Below the pieces are notes generated by a model. It was not told the DNA's origin. It worked only from the letters and a program-made list of their open reading frames with translations, and did no database searches. The translations under genes were made by a program, and so were the position numbers. Source: Acidimicrobiia bacterium (GTDB lineage Bacteria > Actinomycetota > Acidimicrobiia > IMCC26256 > JBBRZM01). From it: a DNA stretch of 64,000 nucleotides. Positions 1-9,266 of this stretch are shown piece by piece (within the stretch, counting starts at the first letter, position 1; each line of letters starts with the position of its first letter). Location of the stretch: the NCBI GenBank assembly GCA_038236695.1, contig JBBRZM010000003.1:42476-106475 (forward strand). The letters are read 5' to 3'.

Positions 1-367
1 CGGCTACGACACCGTTGTCGGCGAGCGCGGCTACCGGATGTCCGGCGGCGAGAAGCAACGACTCGCGATCGCGCGCATGTTGCTGAAGGATCCCGCAGTC
101 GTGATTCTCGACGAGGCGACGTCGCACCTGGACTCGGAGTCGGAGCACGCCATCCAGCGCGCCCTCGCAGACGCGCTCGCCGGACGCACCGCGCTCGTGA
201 TCGCGCACCGGCTGTCGACGATCGTGGCCGCGGACCGCATCCTGGTGATCGAAGACGGGCGGATCGTCGAGCAGGGAAATCACGACACACTGCTGCGCGC
301 GGGAGGCCTGTACTCCGAGCTCTACCGCACCCAGCTCGATTCCGCCGCCTCCACCGAACCGGCCTGA
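1..367 (+). CDS. ABC transporter ATP-binding domain, C-terminal fragment (gene begins upstream of window)
   Basis: Frame open from window edge. ABC signature [12 protein letters not shown], Walker [14 protein letters not shown]-loop IAHRLST. Stop at 365-367. Confidence 0.85.
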   Translation, partial: GYDTVVGERGYRMSGGEKQRLAIARMLLKDPAVVILDEATSHLDSESEHAIQRALADALAGRTALVIAHRLSTIVAADRILVIEDGRIVEQGNHDTLLRAGGLYSELYRTQLDSAASTEPA

Positions 368-413
368 TCGACCGCCCTCGGTAGAATGCGCCCGTCGCTC
401 CCGGCGACGACCT

Positions 414-1556
414 ATGCCGAAATCTTTCGATTCCTCCGCGCACATCGGGGCGCGCCACCGTCAACTCCTGCGGCGACGGCGTCGTCACAAGATCATCGCC
501 GGTTCGGTCGCGGGCGTGCTCGGGGCGGTCGGGCTCGCGTTGCTGATGACCGACATGCTCCGGCTCGGGGCCCCCGGCGGACCCGTGTTCGCCGGCGCGC
601 AGGACCGCGCGACCAACACGCCGAAAGCCTCCGGCACCGCCAACACGCCGACCTCTGCGTGCAACAGGCGGGTGCTCACCGCCGCGACGCCACTCCGGCT
701 GTGGATCGGCGGCGACTCGCTCGCCGGCTCACTCGGCCCGTCACTCGGTGCGATGACCGCGGCGACCGGCGTCGTACAACCGCAGTTCAACTCGCGCGTC
801 TCGAGTGGACTCAACTCCCCGAGCTTCTACGACTGGCCGAAGCACGCGGCCGAGGACCTCCAGCAGTTCCAGCCCGAGGCGACCGTGTTCATCATCGGCG
901 CGAACGACACGAGCATCGAGCAGAAACAATCAGGTGGCGGTGCGCCCGAGTGGCGCCGGCAGTATGCGCAGCTCGTCGATCAGATGATGACGATCCTCAT
1001 CGGCAATGGGCGCACGGTGTACTGGGTGGGCGTGCCGGTCATGAGGGACGCGACCGGCGACGCCGCGGTGAAGCCACTGAACGACGTGTTCAAGGGAGAG
1101 GCGGCAAAACATCACGACGTGACCTACATCGACACGTACAACCTCTTCGCAGGCCCCGACGGCAAGTTCGCGCTGTCGCTGCGCATGCCCGACGGCAAGA
1201 CGGTCACGATGCGCTCGGGTGACGGCGTGCACCTCACCCCCGAGGGCGGCGACCGCATGGCCGAAGCCGTCTTCAAGCCGCTCGACGCCGCGTGGTGCAT
1301 CTCGAAGCAAGCAGTTCCGGGCGCGCAGCAGCCGGTGACCGAGAGCCCGGGGAGCTCGCAAGTTCCCGGTACGCACCGCAACGTCGCGACGCAGCCCGCC
1401 CGGAAAGCAACCACGACCGCGACCGCGGCCGGGCCGCGGAGCACCACGGCCGCCACCAGCGCGCCCCCGGTCGTCGCGCCGCCGGCCACGATGCCGGCGA
1501 CGAAACCTCCGCCGGCTTCGACGACCCCGCCGGCCACGCAACCGCCCGGTCCCTAG
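414..1556 (+). CDS. Membrane-anchored SGNH/GDSL-family hydrolase with Pro/Thr/Ala-rich tail
   Basis: Track ORF 414-1556. Arg-rich N-terminus followed by one TM helix (IIAGSVAGVLGAVGLALLM). SGNH blocks GGDSLAG, GANDT, GDGVHLT. Low-complexity PT-rich C-terminus. Confidence 0.75.
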   Translation: MPKSFDSSAHIGARHRQLLRRRRRHKIIAGSVAGVLGAVGLALLMTDMLRLGAPGGPVFAGAQDRATNTPKASGTANTPTSACNRRVLTAATPLRLWIGGDSLAGSLGPSLGAMTAATGVVQPQFNSRVSSGLNSPSFYDWPKHAAEDLQQFQPEATVFIIGANDTSIEQKQSGGGAPEWRRQYAQLVDQMMTILIGNGRTVYWVGVPVMRDATGDAAVKPLNDVFKGEAAKHHDVTYIDTYNLFAGPDGKFALSLRMPDGKTVTMRSGDGVHLTPEGGDRMAEAVFKPLDAAWCISKQAVPGAQQPVTESPGSSQVPGTHRNVATQPARKATTTATAAGPRSTTAATSAPPVVAPPATMPATKPPPASTTPPATQPPGP

Positions 1557-1594
1557 TTGCGAGCCGATGAGACAGCGCTCGTAGGCTCCGGCGC

Positions 1595-3226
1595 ATGACC
1601 GACCAGCTCACCGCCGCGGGAGCTGCCGTCGAGCAGGCCGCGGCGCTCGTCGCGGCGGCGACCGACCACCTCGCGCGAGCCGCCACGCTCGACGGGCGGA
1701 TCTCGGTCGCCGCGCTCGATCGCAACCAGGTACTCGCCTACGACCTCGCGCACGCTGCGAGCGCGATCGCGGGCTGCCGCGGCATGCTCGACTACGCGGA
1801 GCACGGGGAGCTCGAATCCCAACTGGCGCGCGCGTTCATCGCCGACGCCATTTGGGACCTTGCCACCAAGGTGTTCGGTCGCGACGCGACCTGGGGGGTC
1901 GACGCGAGCGAGCTCGCACCGGCGGAGCCGTTCGTGGCGATGCACCGCTCGCCCGAGTTCCTCGAAGCGCTGGCCGACCAGCTCGAGGGTCACGGCACCG
2001 GACCAGCACATCTCTCCGACGACTTCGACCTCGTACGCGAGACGTTTCACCGTTTCGCCGAAGAGAAGATCCGCCCGGTCGCGGAACACGTCCACCGCAC
2101 CAACGCCGACATCCCCGACGAGATCGTCGACGGGCTGGCCGAGATCGGCGGCTTCGGCCTCTCCGTGCCGGCGGAATACGGCGGCTTCGCCGAGGGCGGC
2201 GAGTCCGATTACCTCGGCATGGTCGTCGCGACCGAGGAGCTGTCGTGGGGTTCGCTCGGCGTCGGCGGCTCGCTCATCACGCGACCCGAGATCCTCACGC
2301 GCGCGATCGTGAAGGGCGGCACCGAGGAGCAGAAGCAACGGTGGCTGCCCCGGATCGCTACCGGTGAGTTGATGGTCGGCGTCATGGTGACCGAGCCTGA
2401 CTTCGGTTCCGATGTCGCGGGGATCAAGGTCACGGCTACGCCCACCGACGGCGGCTACCTGATCAACGGCGTGAAGACGTGGGCGACGTTTGCCGGACGG
2501 GCCAACGTGCTGATGCTCCTCGCACGCACGGATCCCGATCGCGCCGCCGGTCATCGCGGGCTCTCGCTGTTCGTGGTCGAAAAGGAGCCGGCACCGGGAC
2601 ACTCGTTCGCGTTCACGCACGAGCGCGGCGGCACGATCGAAGGCCGCGCGATCGACACGATCGGCTACCGCGGCATGCACTCCTACGAAGTCGCGTTCGA
2701 CGACTGGTTCGTGCCCGCGTCAAATCTCGTGGGCGAGGACGGCGGCGTCGGCAAGGGCTTCTACCTTCAGATGGAGGGCTTCGAGAACGGGCGGCTCCAG
2801 ACGGCGGCACGCGCCGTTGGTCTCATGCAGGCCGCGTTCGAAGCCGGTCTCGCGTACACGCACGACCGCACGGTGTTCGGCAAGGCCGTCTTCGACTACC
2901 AGCTCAGCAAAGTCAAGCTCGCACGCATGGCCACGCTGATCCAGGCCGGTCGCCAGTTCTCCTACGACGTCGCGCGCCGCATGGCCAAGGGTGAAGGCAC
3001 GCTCCAGGCATCGATGGTCAAGGCGTACGTGTGCCGGGCCGCGGAGTGGGTCACGCGCGAGTCGATGCAGTTGCACGGTGGTATGGGCTACGCCGAGGAG
3101 TTTCCCGTGTCGCGCTACTTCGTGGATGCGCGGGTGTTGTCGATCTTCGAGGGCGCCGACGAGACGCTCTGTCTCCGCGTGATCGCGCGCCGCCTCGCCG
3201 AGCAGGCGCTCGACGTCGCGAGGTAA
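1595..3226 (+). CDS. Acyl-CoA dehydrogenase family protein (long form, about 150-aa N-terminal extension)
   Basis: Track ORF. ACAD-like C-terminal two thirds (GVKTWATFAGRANV, MQLHGGMGYAEEFPVSRYFVDARVLSIFEGADE). Confidence 0.85.
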   Translation: MTDQLTAAGAAVEQAAALVAAATDHLARAATLDGRISVAALDRNQVLAYDLAHAASAIAGCRGMLDYAEHGELESQLARAFIADAIWDLATKVFGRDATWGVDASELAPAEPFVAMHRSPEFLEALADQLEGHGTGPAHLSDDFDLVRETFHRFAEEKIRPVAEHVHRTNADIPDEIVDGLAEIGGFGLSVPAEYGGFAEGGESDYLGMVVATEELSWGSLGVGGSLITRPEILTRAIVKGGTEEQKQRWLPRIATGELMVGVMVTEPDFGSDVAGIKVTATPTDGGYLINGVKTWATFAGRANVLMLLARTDPDRAAGHRGLSLFVVEKEPAPGHSFAFTHERGGTIEGRAIDTIGYRGMHSYEVAFDDWFVPASNLVGEDGGVGKGFYLQMEGFENGRLQTAARAVGLMQAAFEAGLAYTHDRTVFGKAVFDYQLSKVKLARMATLIQAGRQFSYDVARRMAKGEGTLQASMVKAYVCRAAEWVTRESMQLHGGMGYAEEFPVSRYFVDARVLSIFEGADETLCLRVIARRLAEQALDVAR

Positions 3227-3245
3227 CCGATACGCTCGCTCGGTT

Positions 3246-5576
3246 GTGAGCGAGCGCGTGCAGCGGCACCCGGGCGACGCCATCCGGGTCGTACTCGGTC
3301 TCCTCGTATTTCTGATCGCGTGGTCGTCGGTTCGCGACCGCCGCGTGGGTCTGACCGAAGCCGACCTCTTCCAGCTCGTCAATCAACTGCCGTCGTTCTT
3401 CGTGTGGCCACTCGAAGCCGTCATGCAGCTCGGCGCCGTGTGGGCGATCGCGGGAGCGACGGCGGTCGCGCTCGCGGCGCGTCGGCTGCGCCTCGCACGC
3501 GACCTTGCCGTGAGCGGGCTCGCAGCCTGGGGCCTCTCCCGCGCGTCGAAGAGCGCCGTGCTGCGCGCACGACCCTCCGCGCTGCTGCACCACGTGATCG
3601 TCCGCGGCGCACACGCGAGCGGAGCCGGTTTCCCTTCGGGTCACACCGCGGTCGCGACTGCGTTGGCTACGGCAGCCTCGCCGTACCTGTCCCGGCCACT
3701 ACGGCGTGCGGTCTGGCTCGCGGTCGTGATCGTCGGCGTCGCGCGCATCTACGTGGGCGCGCACCTCCCGGTCGACGTGTTCGGCGGCGCGGCAGTGGGT
3801 TGGGTCGTCGGCTCGTTGGTGCACCTGGCCTTGGGCGCGCCCGGAGGTCGGCCCGAGCGCCCGGCAGTCCAGCGGGCCCTCGCAGCCGTTCACCAGCCCG
3901 TGACCGACCTCACGCCGCTCGACATACCGGTCGTCGGTGGCGACGCCTACGGCGGTCACCTTGCCGATGGCACCGCGGTCACATGCGTCGTCATCGGACG
4001 AGACCAACGCGACGCCGACATCCTCTACAAGCTGTGGCGGCTGCTCGCGACGCGCGAGCAATCCGACGCCGAGCCGTTCGCGACTCCCGGCCAGCTCATG
4101 GAGCACGCCGGTTACGTCTCGTTGCTCGCGGCGCGAGCCGGCATTCGCACGCCCGACGTGCTCCTCACGACCGGGTTCGCGGGTGGTGCGCTCCTGCTCG
4201 AGCACCAAGCCGACGGCCGGCGGCTCGCGGGGATGACCGCGGACGAGATCGACGACCGTCTACTCGACGCGGTGTGGGCACAAGTGAAGCTGCTCCGCGA
4301 CGCCCGCATCTCGCATCACGCGCTCAATGCCCACAACATTGTCGTGGACAGCTCCGGCGAGCCATGGCTGATCGGGTTTCGCAACGGCGACGCAACCGCC
4401 TCGGAGCAAGAGCTCGCGATCGACGTGGTAGAGCTGGTCACTTCGCTGGCGGTGATCGTGGGCGCGGAACGGGCCGTCGCGAGCGCGGCACGGGTTCTCG
4501 GCGCCGACGCGCTGAAGCCGACGTTGCCGTTGATGCAACCGATCGTATTGACGTCGACCACGCGCAAGGAAGAACGGCGTCACAAGGGCCTGATCGATCA
4601 GGTACGGGCGCAGGCGGCCACCGCCGCGGGTACTACCGCGCCGAAAATCGAACCGCTCACCCGGGTCAAGCCCCAGACCCTGGTCATGGTTGTGGTGCTC
4701 GCGCTGGCGATCCACGTGATGCTGCCGCAGCTCGGCGAGCTCGGCGACGCATCGAACGAGATCATCCACGCGAGTCCCGGTTGGGTGCTCGTGGGGCTGC
4801 TCGCGTCGATCGGAACCTTCCTTGCCGGCGGGGTCGCGCAACTCGGTGCCGTGAGCCAGCGCCTGTTACTGCTGCGCACAACGCTGGTGCAGCTCGCGGC
4901 CGCGTTCACCAACCGGCTGACGCCGAGCAGCATCGGCGGCCTCGCGGTGCGCACCCGGTTCCTGCAACGCTCGGGTCTCGACCGGCAGGCCGCCGTCGGC
5001 GGCACCGCGCTCGACTCGCTCGGCGCCGGCATCGTGCACGGCATCGGGCTCATCGTCGCGATCGTGCTCGCCGGTGGCAGCGGCTTCGGCGACGTGTCGC
5101 TCCCCAGCGGCTGGCCCGTCCTCGCCGGCATCGTCGTGGTGCTCGCGCTGCTCGGGCTGGCGATCTTCACCCCTCGCGGCCGCCACCTGCTCGCGCCGGC
5201 GAAGCAGGCAATCATCGACCTCGGCCGGGTGATGCGCGTGCCGTCGAAAGCACTGTTGTTGCTCGGCGGGTCGGTCGCAGGACTGCTCTGCTACCTGCTC
5301 GCCTTCGACGCGTCGCTTCAGGCCGTGGGCGCGCACGTCGCCATCCGCGACGTGATCGTCGTGTACCTCGGCGGCACCACAATCGCGGCGCCGAGCCCGA
5401 CCCCCGGCGGTCTCGGCGCGGTCGAAGCCGCGCTCATCGCCGGTCTCACCGCGGTCGGCACCGCCTCGGCGGCGGCCGTGGCGGGCGTGCTCGTGTTCCG
5501 GCTCCTCACGTACTGGCTGCCGATCCTGCCCGGCTGGCTGTCGCTCGAGGCGCTACGCCGCGAGAGCCTGCTGTAA
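3246..5576 (+). CDS. Three-part membrane protein: PAP2 phosphatase + degenerate kinase-like domain + flippase-like (LPG-synthase TM/UPF0104-type) domain
   Basis: GTG-start track ORF, 776 aa. PAP2 motifs KSAVLRARP, FPSGHTA, ARIYVGAHLPVD. Central kinase-like region with ISHHALNAHNIVV and GFRNGD. C-terminal 300 aa are polytopic and Gly/Ala/Leu-rich. Confidence 0.75.
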   Translation: MSERVQRHPGDAIRVVLGLLVFLIAWSSVRDRRVGLTEADLFQLVNQLPSFFVWPLEAVMQLGAVWAIAGATAVALAARRLRLARDLAVSGLAAWGLSRASKSAVLRARPSALLHHVIVRGAHASGAGFPSGHTAVATALATAASPYLSRPLRRAVWLAVVIVGVARIYVGAHLPVDVFGGAAVGWVVGSLVHLALGAPGGRPERPAVQRALAAVHQPVTDLTPLDIPVVGGDAYGGHLADGTAVTCVVIGRDQRDADILYKLWRLLATREQSDAEPFATPGQLMEHAGYVSLLAARAGIRTPDVLLTTGFAGGALLLEHQADGRRLAGMTADEIDDRLLDAVWAQVKLLRDARISHHALNAHNIVVDSSGEPWLIGFRNGDATASEQELAIDVVELVTSLAVIVGAERAVASAARVLGADALKPTLPLMQPIVLTSTTRKEERRHKGLIDQVRAQAATAAGTTAPKIEPLTRVKPQTLVMVVVLALAIHVMLPQLGELGDASNEIIHASPGWVLVGLLASIGTFLAGGVAQLGAVSQRLLLLRTTLVQLAAAFTNRLTPSSIGGLAVRTRFLQRSGLDRQAAVGGTALDSLGAGIVHGIGLIVAIVLAGGSGFGDVSLPSGWPVLAGIVVVLALLGLAIFTPRGRHLLAPAKQAIIDLGRVMRVPSKALLLLGGSVAGLLCYLLAFDASLQAVGAHVAIRDVIVVYLGGTTIAAPSPTPGGLGAVEAALIAGLTAVGTASAAAVAGVLVFRLLTYWLPILPGWLSLEALRRESLL

Positions 5577-5590
5577 GGCCGTAAGGCGCG

Positions 5591-5638
5591 TTCTTGCGTC
5601 AATAACCGGGGGTGACATCCCGGCTGCTGACGCAAGAA
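5591..5638. terminator. Nested inverted repeat between convergent genes (possible bidirectional terminator)
   Basis: Perfect 11-bp arms TTCTTGCGTCA (5591-5601) and TGACGCAAGAA (5628-5638) enclose an inner CCGGG/CCCGG hairpin. No U-tract on either side. Confidence 0.4.
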
Positions 5639-5668
5639 TGGGGTGGAAGTGGTTGAGGGCGCGCGGCT

Positions 5669-6058
5669 TCAGTCGTCGATGATCGCTTCGGCTTCGATCT
5701 CGACCTTCCAGCGCGGATCGAGCAGCACCGAGACGACGACCTGCGTCGCGGCCGGGCGGATCACGCCGAACACCGCCGAGTGCGCCCGGCCCACTGCTTC
5801 ACCGTCGCCCGCGTCGACGAGGTACATGCGTGTGCGTACGACGTGCTGCACGGACGCGCCGGCCTCCGCGAGCGCGACGAGTATGAGCGCCAGGCAGCGG
5901 AGCGCTTGGGCTTCGGCGTCGGGATCGCACGAGCCGTCGGGCCAGATCGGCGCCGTGCCCGAGACGAAGACATGGTCACCGACACGCAGCGCGCGCGAGA
6001 ACCCGATGCTGTCCTCGTAGGGCGAGCCCGATGCGACGTGCCGCCGTTCGCCGGTCAT
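5669..6058 (-). CDS. RidA/YjgF-family reactive intermediate deaminase
   Basis: 129-aa track ORF. Typical RidA length and pattern (FVSGT..., ...VEIEAEAIIDD C-terminus). Confidence 0.8.
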   Translation of the reverse strand: MTGERRHVASGSPYEDSIGFSRALRVGDHVFVSGTAPIWPDGSCDPDAEAQALRCLALILVALAEAGASVQHVVRTRMYLVDAGDGEAVGRAHSAVFGVIRPAATQVVVSVLLDPRWKVEIEAEAIIDD

Positions 6059-6088
6059 CCGCCGGCCGGCTTGGCCGCGATCACGGGC

Positions 6089-7024
6089 TCAGTCCTTGTT
6101 GTGCTTCATGCCGGCGCGCTCGCCGCGCATGACGAACTTGGTCGCCATCTTGCGGCTGGCCTCGTCGATCATCTCGTCGCCGAACATGACCGCGCCCTTG
6201 CCCTGTTCGTCGGTGGCGACGCGGTACGCCTCGAGGATCTCGTGGGCCTTGTCGAACTGCTCCGGCGTCGGCGTGTACACCTCGTTGATCACGGTGATCT
6301 GATCCGGGTGCAGGGACCATTTGCCGTCGTAACCGAGGATGTGGGTACGCATCGCGTACTCGCGCAGCGCGTCGAGCTCACGGATCTTCAGGTACGGCCC
6401 GTCGATCACTTGGAGACCGTTGGCGCGTCCGGCCATGAGGATCTTCGAGAAGACGTAGTGGAAGTGGTCGCCGGGGTACTCGGGCACCTGCACGCCGGCC
6501 GTGAGCACCGGCATCTCCATCGACGCGGCGAAGTCGGCCGGGCCGAACACGATCGTCTCCATGCGCGGCGACGCCGCGCAGATCTCTTCGACGTGGATGA
6601 GACCCCGGGTGGTCTCGATCTGCGCCTCGATACCGACCTTCGTACGCCGGCCGGTGTTGAGCTCGATCTGGGTGAGCAGCAGGTCGAGCGCAACGACATC
6701 GGCAGCCGACTGCACCTTCGGGAGCATGATCTCGTCGAGCCGCTCCGAGGCGTTCTCGACGACGTGAATCACGTCGCGGTACGTCCACCTCGTGTCCCAT
6801 GCGTTGACGCGCACGCAGAGCACCGCGTCGCCCCAGTCGTTGTCGTTGATCGCGTCGACGACGGTCTGACGCGCGCCCTCCTTCTCATTCGGAGCGACGG
6901 AATCTTCCAAGTCGAGAAAGTACATGTCGGCGCCGAGACCGGGCGCTTTGGCGAGGAATTTCGGATTGGAGCCGGGCACGGCGTGGCACGACCGGCGGGG
7001 CAAGTCACGGGAGCGTTCGGACAT
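6089..7024 (-). CDS. HpcH/HpaI aldolase / citrate lyase beta (CitE)- or malyl-CoA lyase-like protein
   Basis: 311-aa track ORF. N-terminal RSCHAVPGSNPKFLAKA and DLEDSVAP motifs are typical of the CitE/Mcl family. Confidence 0.8.
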   Translation of the reverse strand: MSERSRDLPRRSCHAVPGSNPKFLAKAPGLGADMYFLDLEDSVAPNEKEGARQTVVDAINDNDWGDAVLCVRVNAWDTRWTYRDVIHVVENASERLDEIMLPKVQSAADVVALDLLLTQIELNTGRRTKVGIEAQIETTRGLIHVEEICAASPRMETIVFGPADFAASMEMPVLTAGVQVPEYPGDHFHYVFSKILMAGRANGLQVIDGPYLKIRELDALREYAMRTHILGYDGKWSLHPDQITVINEVYTPTPEQFDKAHEILEAYRVATDEQGKGAVMFGDEMIDEASRKMATKFVMRGERAGMKHNKD

Positions 7025-7102
7025 GCGTCAAGGCTACGGCCGTTCGTCGGGCCCGCTCATATCGGGCGGGTCTCCGGGCGTGAGCGTGAGTACGCTCCGC
7101 GC

Positions 7103-7939
7103 GTGCCCGAAACATCCCCAACGCTGCAGCCGGTGGCCGACGGCGTATTCGCATGGATCCAGCCGGGCGGCAGGTCGGGCGTCAGCAACGCGGGGGTGGT
7201 CGTCGACGACGACGGCGTGACCGTGATCGACGCGCTGATGGTGCGCTCCCAATGGGAGCCGTTCGCCGCGGCGGTGAAGGAGCTGGAACAGCCCGTCCGC
7301 CGCCTCGTGCTCACGCACGCGCACATCGACCACGTCGGCGGCACAAAGGCGTTCCCACACGCCGCCGTCTACGCGACGCCGGTCACGAGCGCGCTCCTCG
7401 ACGACACCATGCCGATCGACGCGTATAAGGCGTTCATGCCGGCGTTCGCCGAGGAGTTCGACGACCTCGCCGAGGTCGGCACGCGTCCGGCAACCCACGA
7501 GGTCGATGGCGCCGCCGCGTTGACACCGCGGTGCGAGCTGCTACCGGCCAGCGGCCATACCGACGGCGACTTGATGGTGCTGGTCGAAGACGCCGACACC
7601 TTGTTTGCCGGCGACCTGTGTTTCTTCGGCGTCACGCCGCTCGCGTTTCAGGGTGACCCGGCAACCTGGGCCGACATGCTCGACGCCGTGGTCGAACTGG
7701 CCGACACGATCGTGCCCGGCCACGGTCCGGTTGGTAGCGAGCCCGAGCTGCGCGCTCTACAGGACTACCTGCGCGCGTGTGTTGCTGCCAACGGTGACGT
7801 GGCCGCGATTCCCCCCGGTCCGTGGGACACGTGGCCCGAGCGCGAACGCGACGCGATCAACGTCGAACGCGCCGCGCTCCTCGCGCGTGGCGATGACTCG
7901 ATGCCGCCCGCGATGCTCAAGGCAATCGGCTTGGGCTGA
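7103..7939 (+). CDS. MBL-fold metallo-hydrolase
   Basis: Only the 3' third of the 719-aa track ORF 5780-7939 looks coding. GTG at 7103 is in frame. Motifs THAHIDHVGG, later SGHTDGD and PGHGP. Confidence 0.75.
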   Translation: MPETSPTLQPVADGVFAWIQPGGRSGVSNAGVVVDDDGVTVIDALMVRSQWEPFAAAVKELEQPVRRLVLTHAHIDHVGGTKAFPHAAVYATPVTSALLDDTMPIDAYKAFMPAFAEEFDDLAEVGTRPATHEVDGAAALTPRCELLPASGHTDGDLMVLVEDADTLFAGDLCFFGVTPLAFQGDPATWADMLDAVVELADTIVPGHGPVGSEPELRALQDYLRACVAANGDVAAIPPGPWDTWPERERDAINVERAALLARGDDSMPPAMLKAIGLG

Positions 7940-8024
7940 TCGGGCGCCCCTCACGCGACGACGAGCCTGGCGCTCCCGGCTCGCGGCGCCGCGGGCGCCC
8001 CTGATCCCGGTTACGGAAGCCGAG

Positions 8025-8711
8025 CTATTTCACGTTGGCGCGGAAGAAGTCGATCGTGCGGCGCCACGCGGTGTCGGTGTGCTCCTCGTGAAACACCTCG
8101 GGCCGGTGATGGTTGGTGAAGCCGTGCTCGGTGCCGGGATACAGAAAGAACTCGTGTTCCTTGCCCAGGCTCTGGAGCTGCTCCTCGAGCTTGCGCACCG
8201 CCTCGGGACCCGCGAAGTCGTCGTTTTCCGCGTAGTGACCCTGGATCGGCGCCTGGAGTCGCGAGTAATCGGGTTGTGCACCCGGCCACGCGATCACGCC
8301 GTAATACGGCACCGCTGCCGCGACGTCGTCGGGCCGCAACGTCGCGAGCCAGAGCGCGAGCCCACCGCCCATGCAGAACCCCACCACGCCGACGCCCGTC
8401 GACGTGACCGCGGGGTGCTGCTGCAAGAAATCGATCGTGCCGGCCATGTCCTTCGCGGCCTGCTCGATGTTGAGCGCCATCATCATCTTCATCGCCTCGT
8501 CGGGCTCTTTGGTCTCGGCGCCGCGGAAGAGATCGGGTGCCAGCGCCACGAACCCCTCGTCGGCGTAGCGGTCACACACCTCTTTGATCTGCTGGTTGAG
8601 CCCCCACCACTCCTGGATCACCACGATCCCGGGCCCCGACCCGCCGGTCGGCACCGCGAGATAGCCCTGGCCCTTCGTGCCGTTACTCGGGAACTCGACC
8701 ATCTCTCCCAT
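8025..8711 (-). CDS. Dienelactone hydrolase family protein
   Basis: 228-aa track ORF. GVVGFCMGGGLA nucleophile region and C-terminal YPGTEHGF are typical of DLH. Confidence 0.85.
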   Translation of the reverse strand: MGEMVEFPSNGTKGQGYLAVPTGGSGPGIVVIQEWWGLNQQIKEVCDRYADEGFVALAPDLFRGAETKEPDEAMKMMMALNIEQAAKDMAGTIDFLQQHPAVTSTGVGVVGFCMGGGLALWLATLRPDDVAAAVPYYGVIAWPGAQPDYSRLQAPIQGHYAENDDFAGPEAVRKLEEQLQSLGKEHEFFLYPGTEHGFTNHHRPEVFHEEHTDTAWRRTIDFFRANVK

Positions 8712-8741
8712 CGAAATGTCCTCCGCTCTCGTGCTCGTTAA

Positions 8742-9203
8742 CTAGTGCCCGGCGCCGAGCTTGGCGTGATCCCAGCTGACGACCTTGACCGGCTCCACCA
8801 CGATCACTACCCGTTTGCGGCCCATCTGGCGCACCCCGTCTCGGACGGCGTCGTCGCTGATGGGACCCCAGTAGCGCTCGTAGATCTGCTCCCCGAACGC
8901 GAGGACGTCGTCGAGGTCGTCGATGATCTCGGCGGTGCCGACGATCTGGACACCCTTCAGCCGCTCATAGGTGTCGCCGGTCTCGGCCATGACGGTGAGC
9001 CGCGGATCGCGACGCAGGTTGACGACCTTCTGGCTCTTCGCGTACGTCCAGAACGCAGGCTTGCCGCCGCGCAGCGTGTACCACATCGCGACGAGGTGGG
9101 GGGTGCCGTCGGCGTTGATCGACGCCACTTGCAGCGTGCGCTCCGAGGCGAGGAATGCCTCGATCTCGTCGTCGGTCATGTGGACCTGATCTCGACGGCT
9201 CAT
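8742..9203 (-). CDS. PPOX-class (pyridoxamine 5'-phosphate oxidase-like) probable F420-dependent enzyme
   Basis: Last 153 aa of track ORF 8742-9773, starting at the internal ATG (MSRRDQVHMTDDEIEAFLASERTLQVASINADGTPHLVAMWY...). Upstream part of the ORF is Arg/Gly-rich non-coding-like. Confidence 0.75.
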   Translation of the reverse strand: MSRRDQVHMTDDEIEAFLASERTLQVASINADGTPHLVAMWYTLRGGKPAFWTYAKSQKVVNLRRDPRLTVMAETGDTYERLKGVQIVGTAEIIDDLDDVLAFGEQIYERYWGPISDDAVRDGVRQMGRKRVVIVVEPVKVVSWDHAKLGAGH

Positions 9204-9266
9204 GGCGGCGCAGCCTACCGGTGGGCCGAGCGGCAATGGGCCTGACCTGCTTGGTAGTTTCCGCCG

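Noticed and set aside
3320-5584. 754-aa alternative-frame ORF overlapping the PAP2-fusion gene
   Set aside because: Extremely Arg-rich with no TM helices or motifs. The 3246-5576 frame carries all recognisable domains.
5780-7102. First two thirds of the 719-aa plus-strand ORF 5780-7939
   Set aside because: Antisense to the ridA and citE-like genes. Only the MBL-fold part from GTG 7103 is credible.
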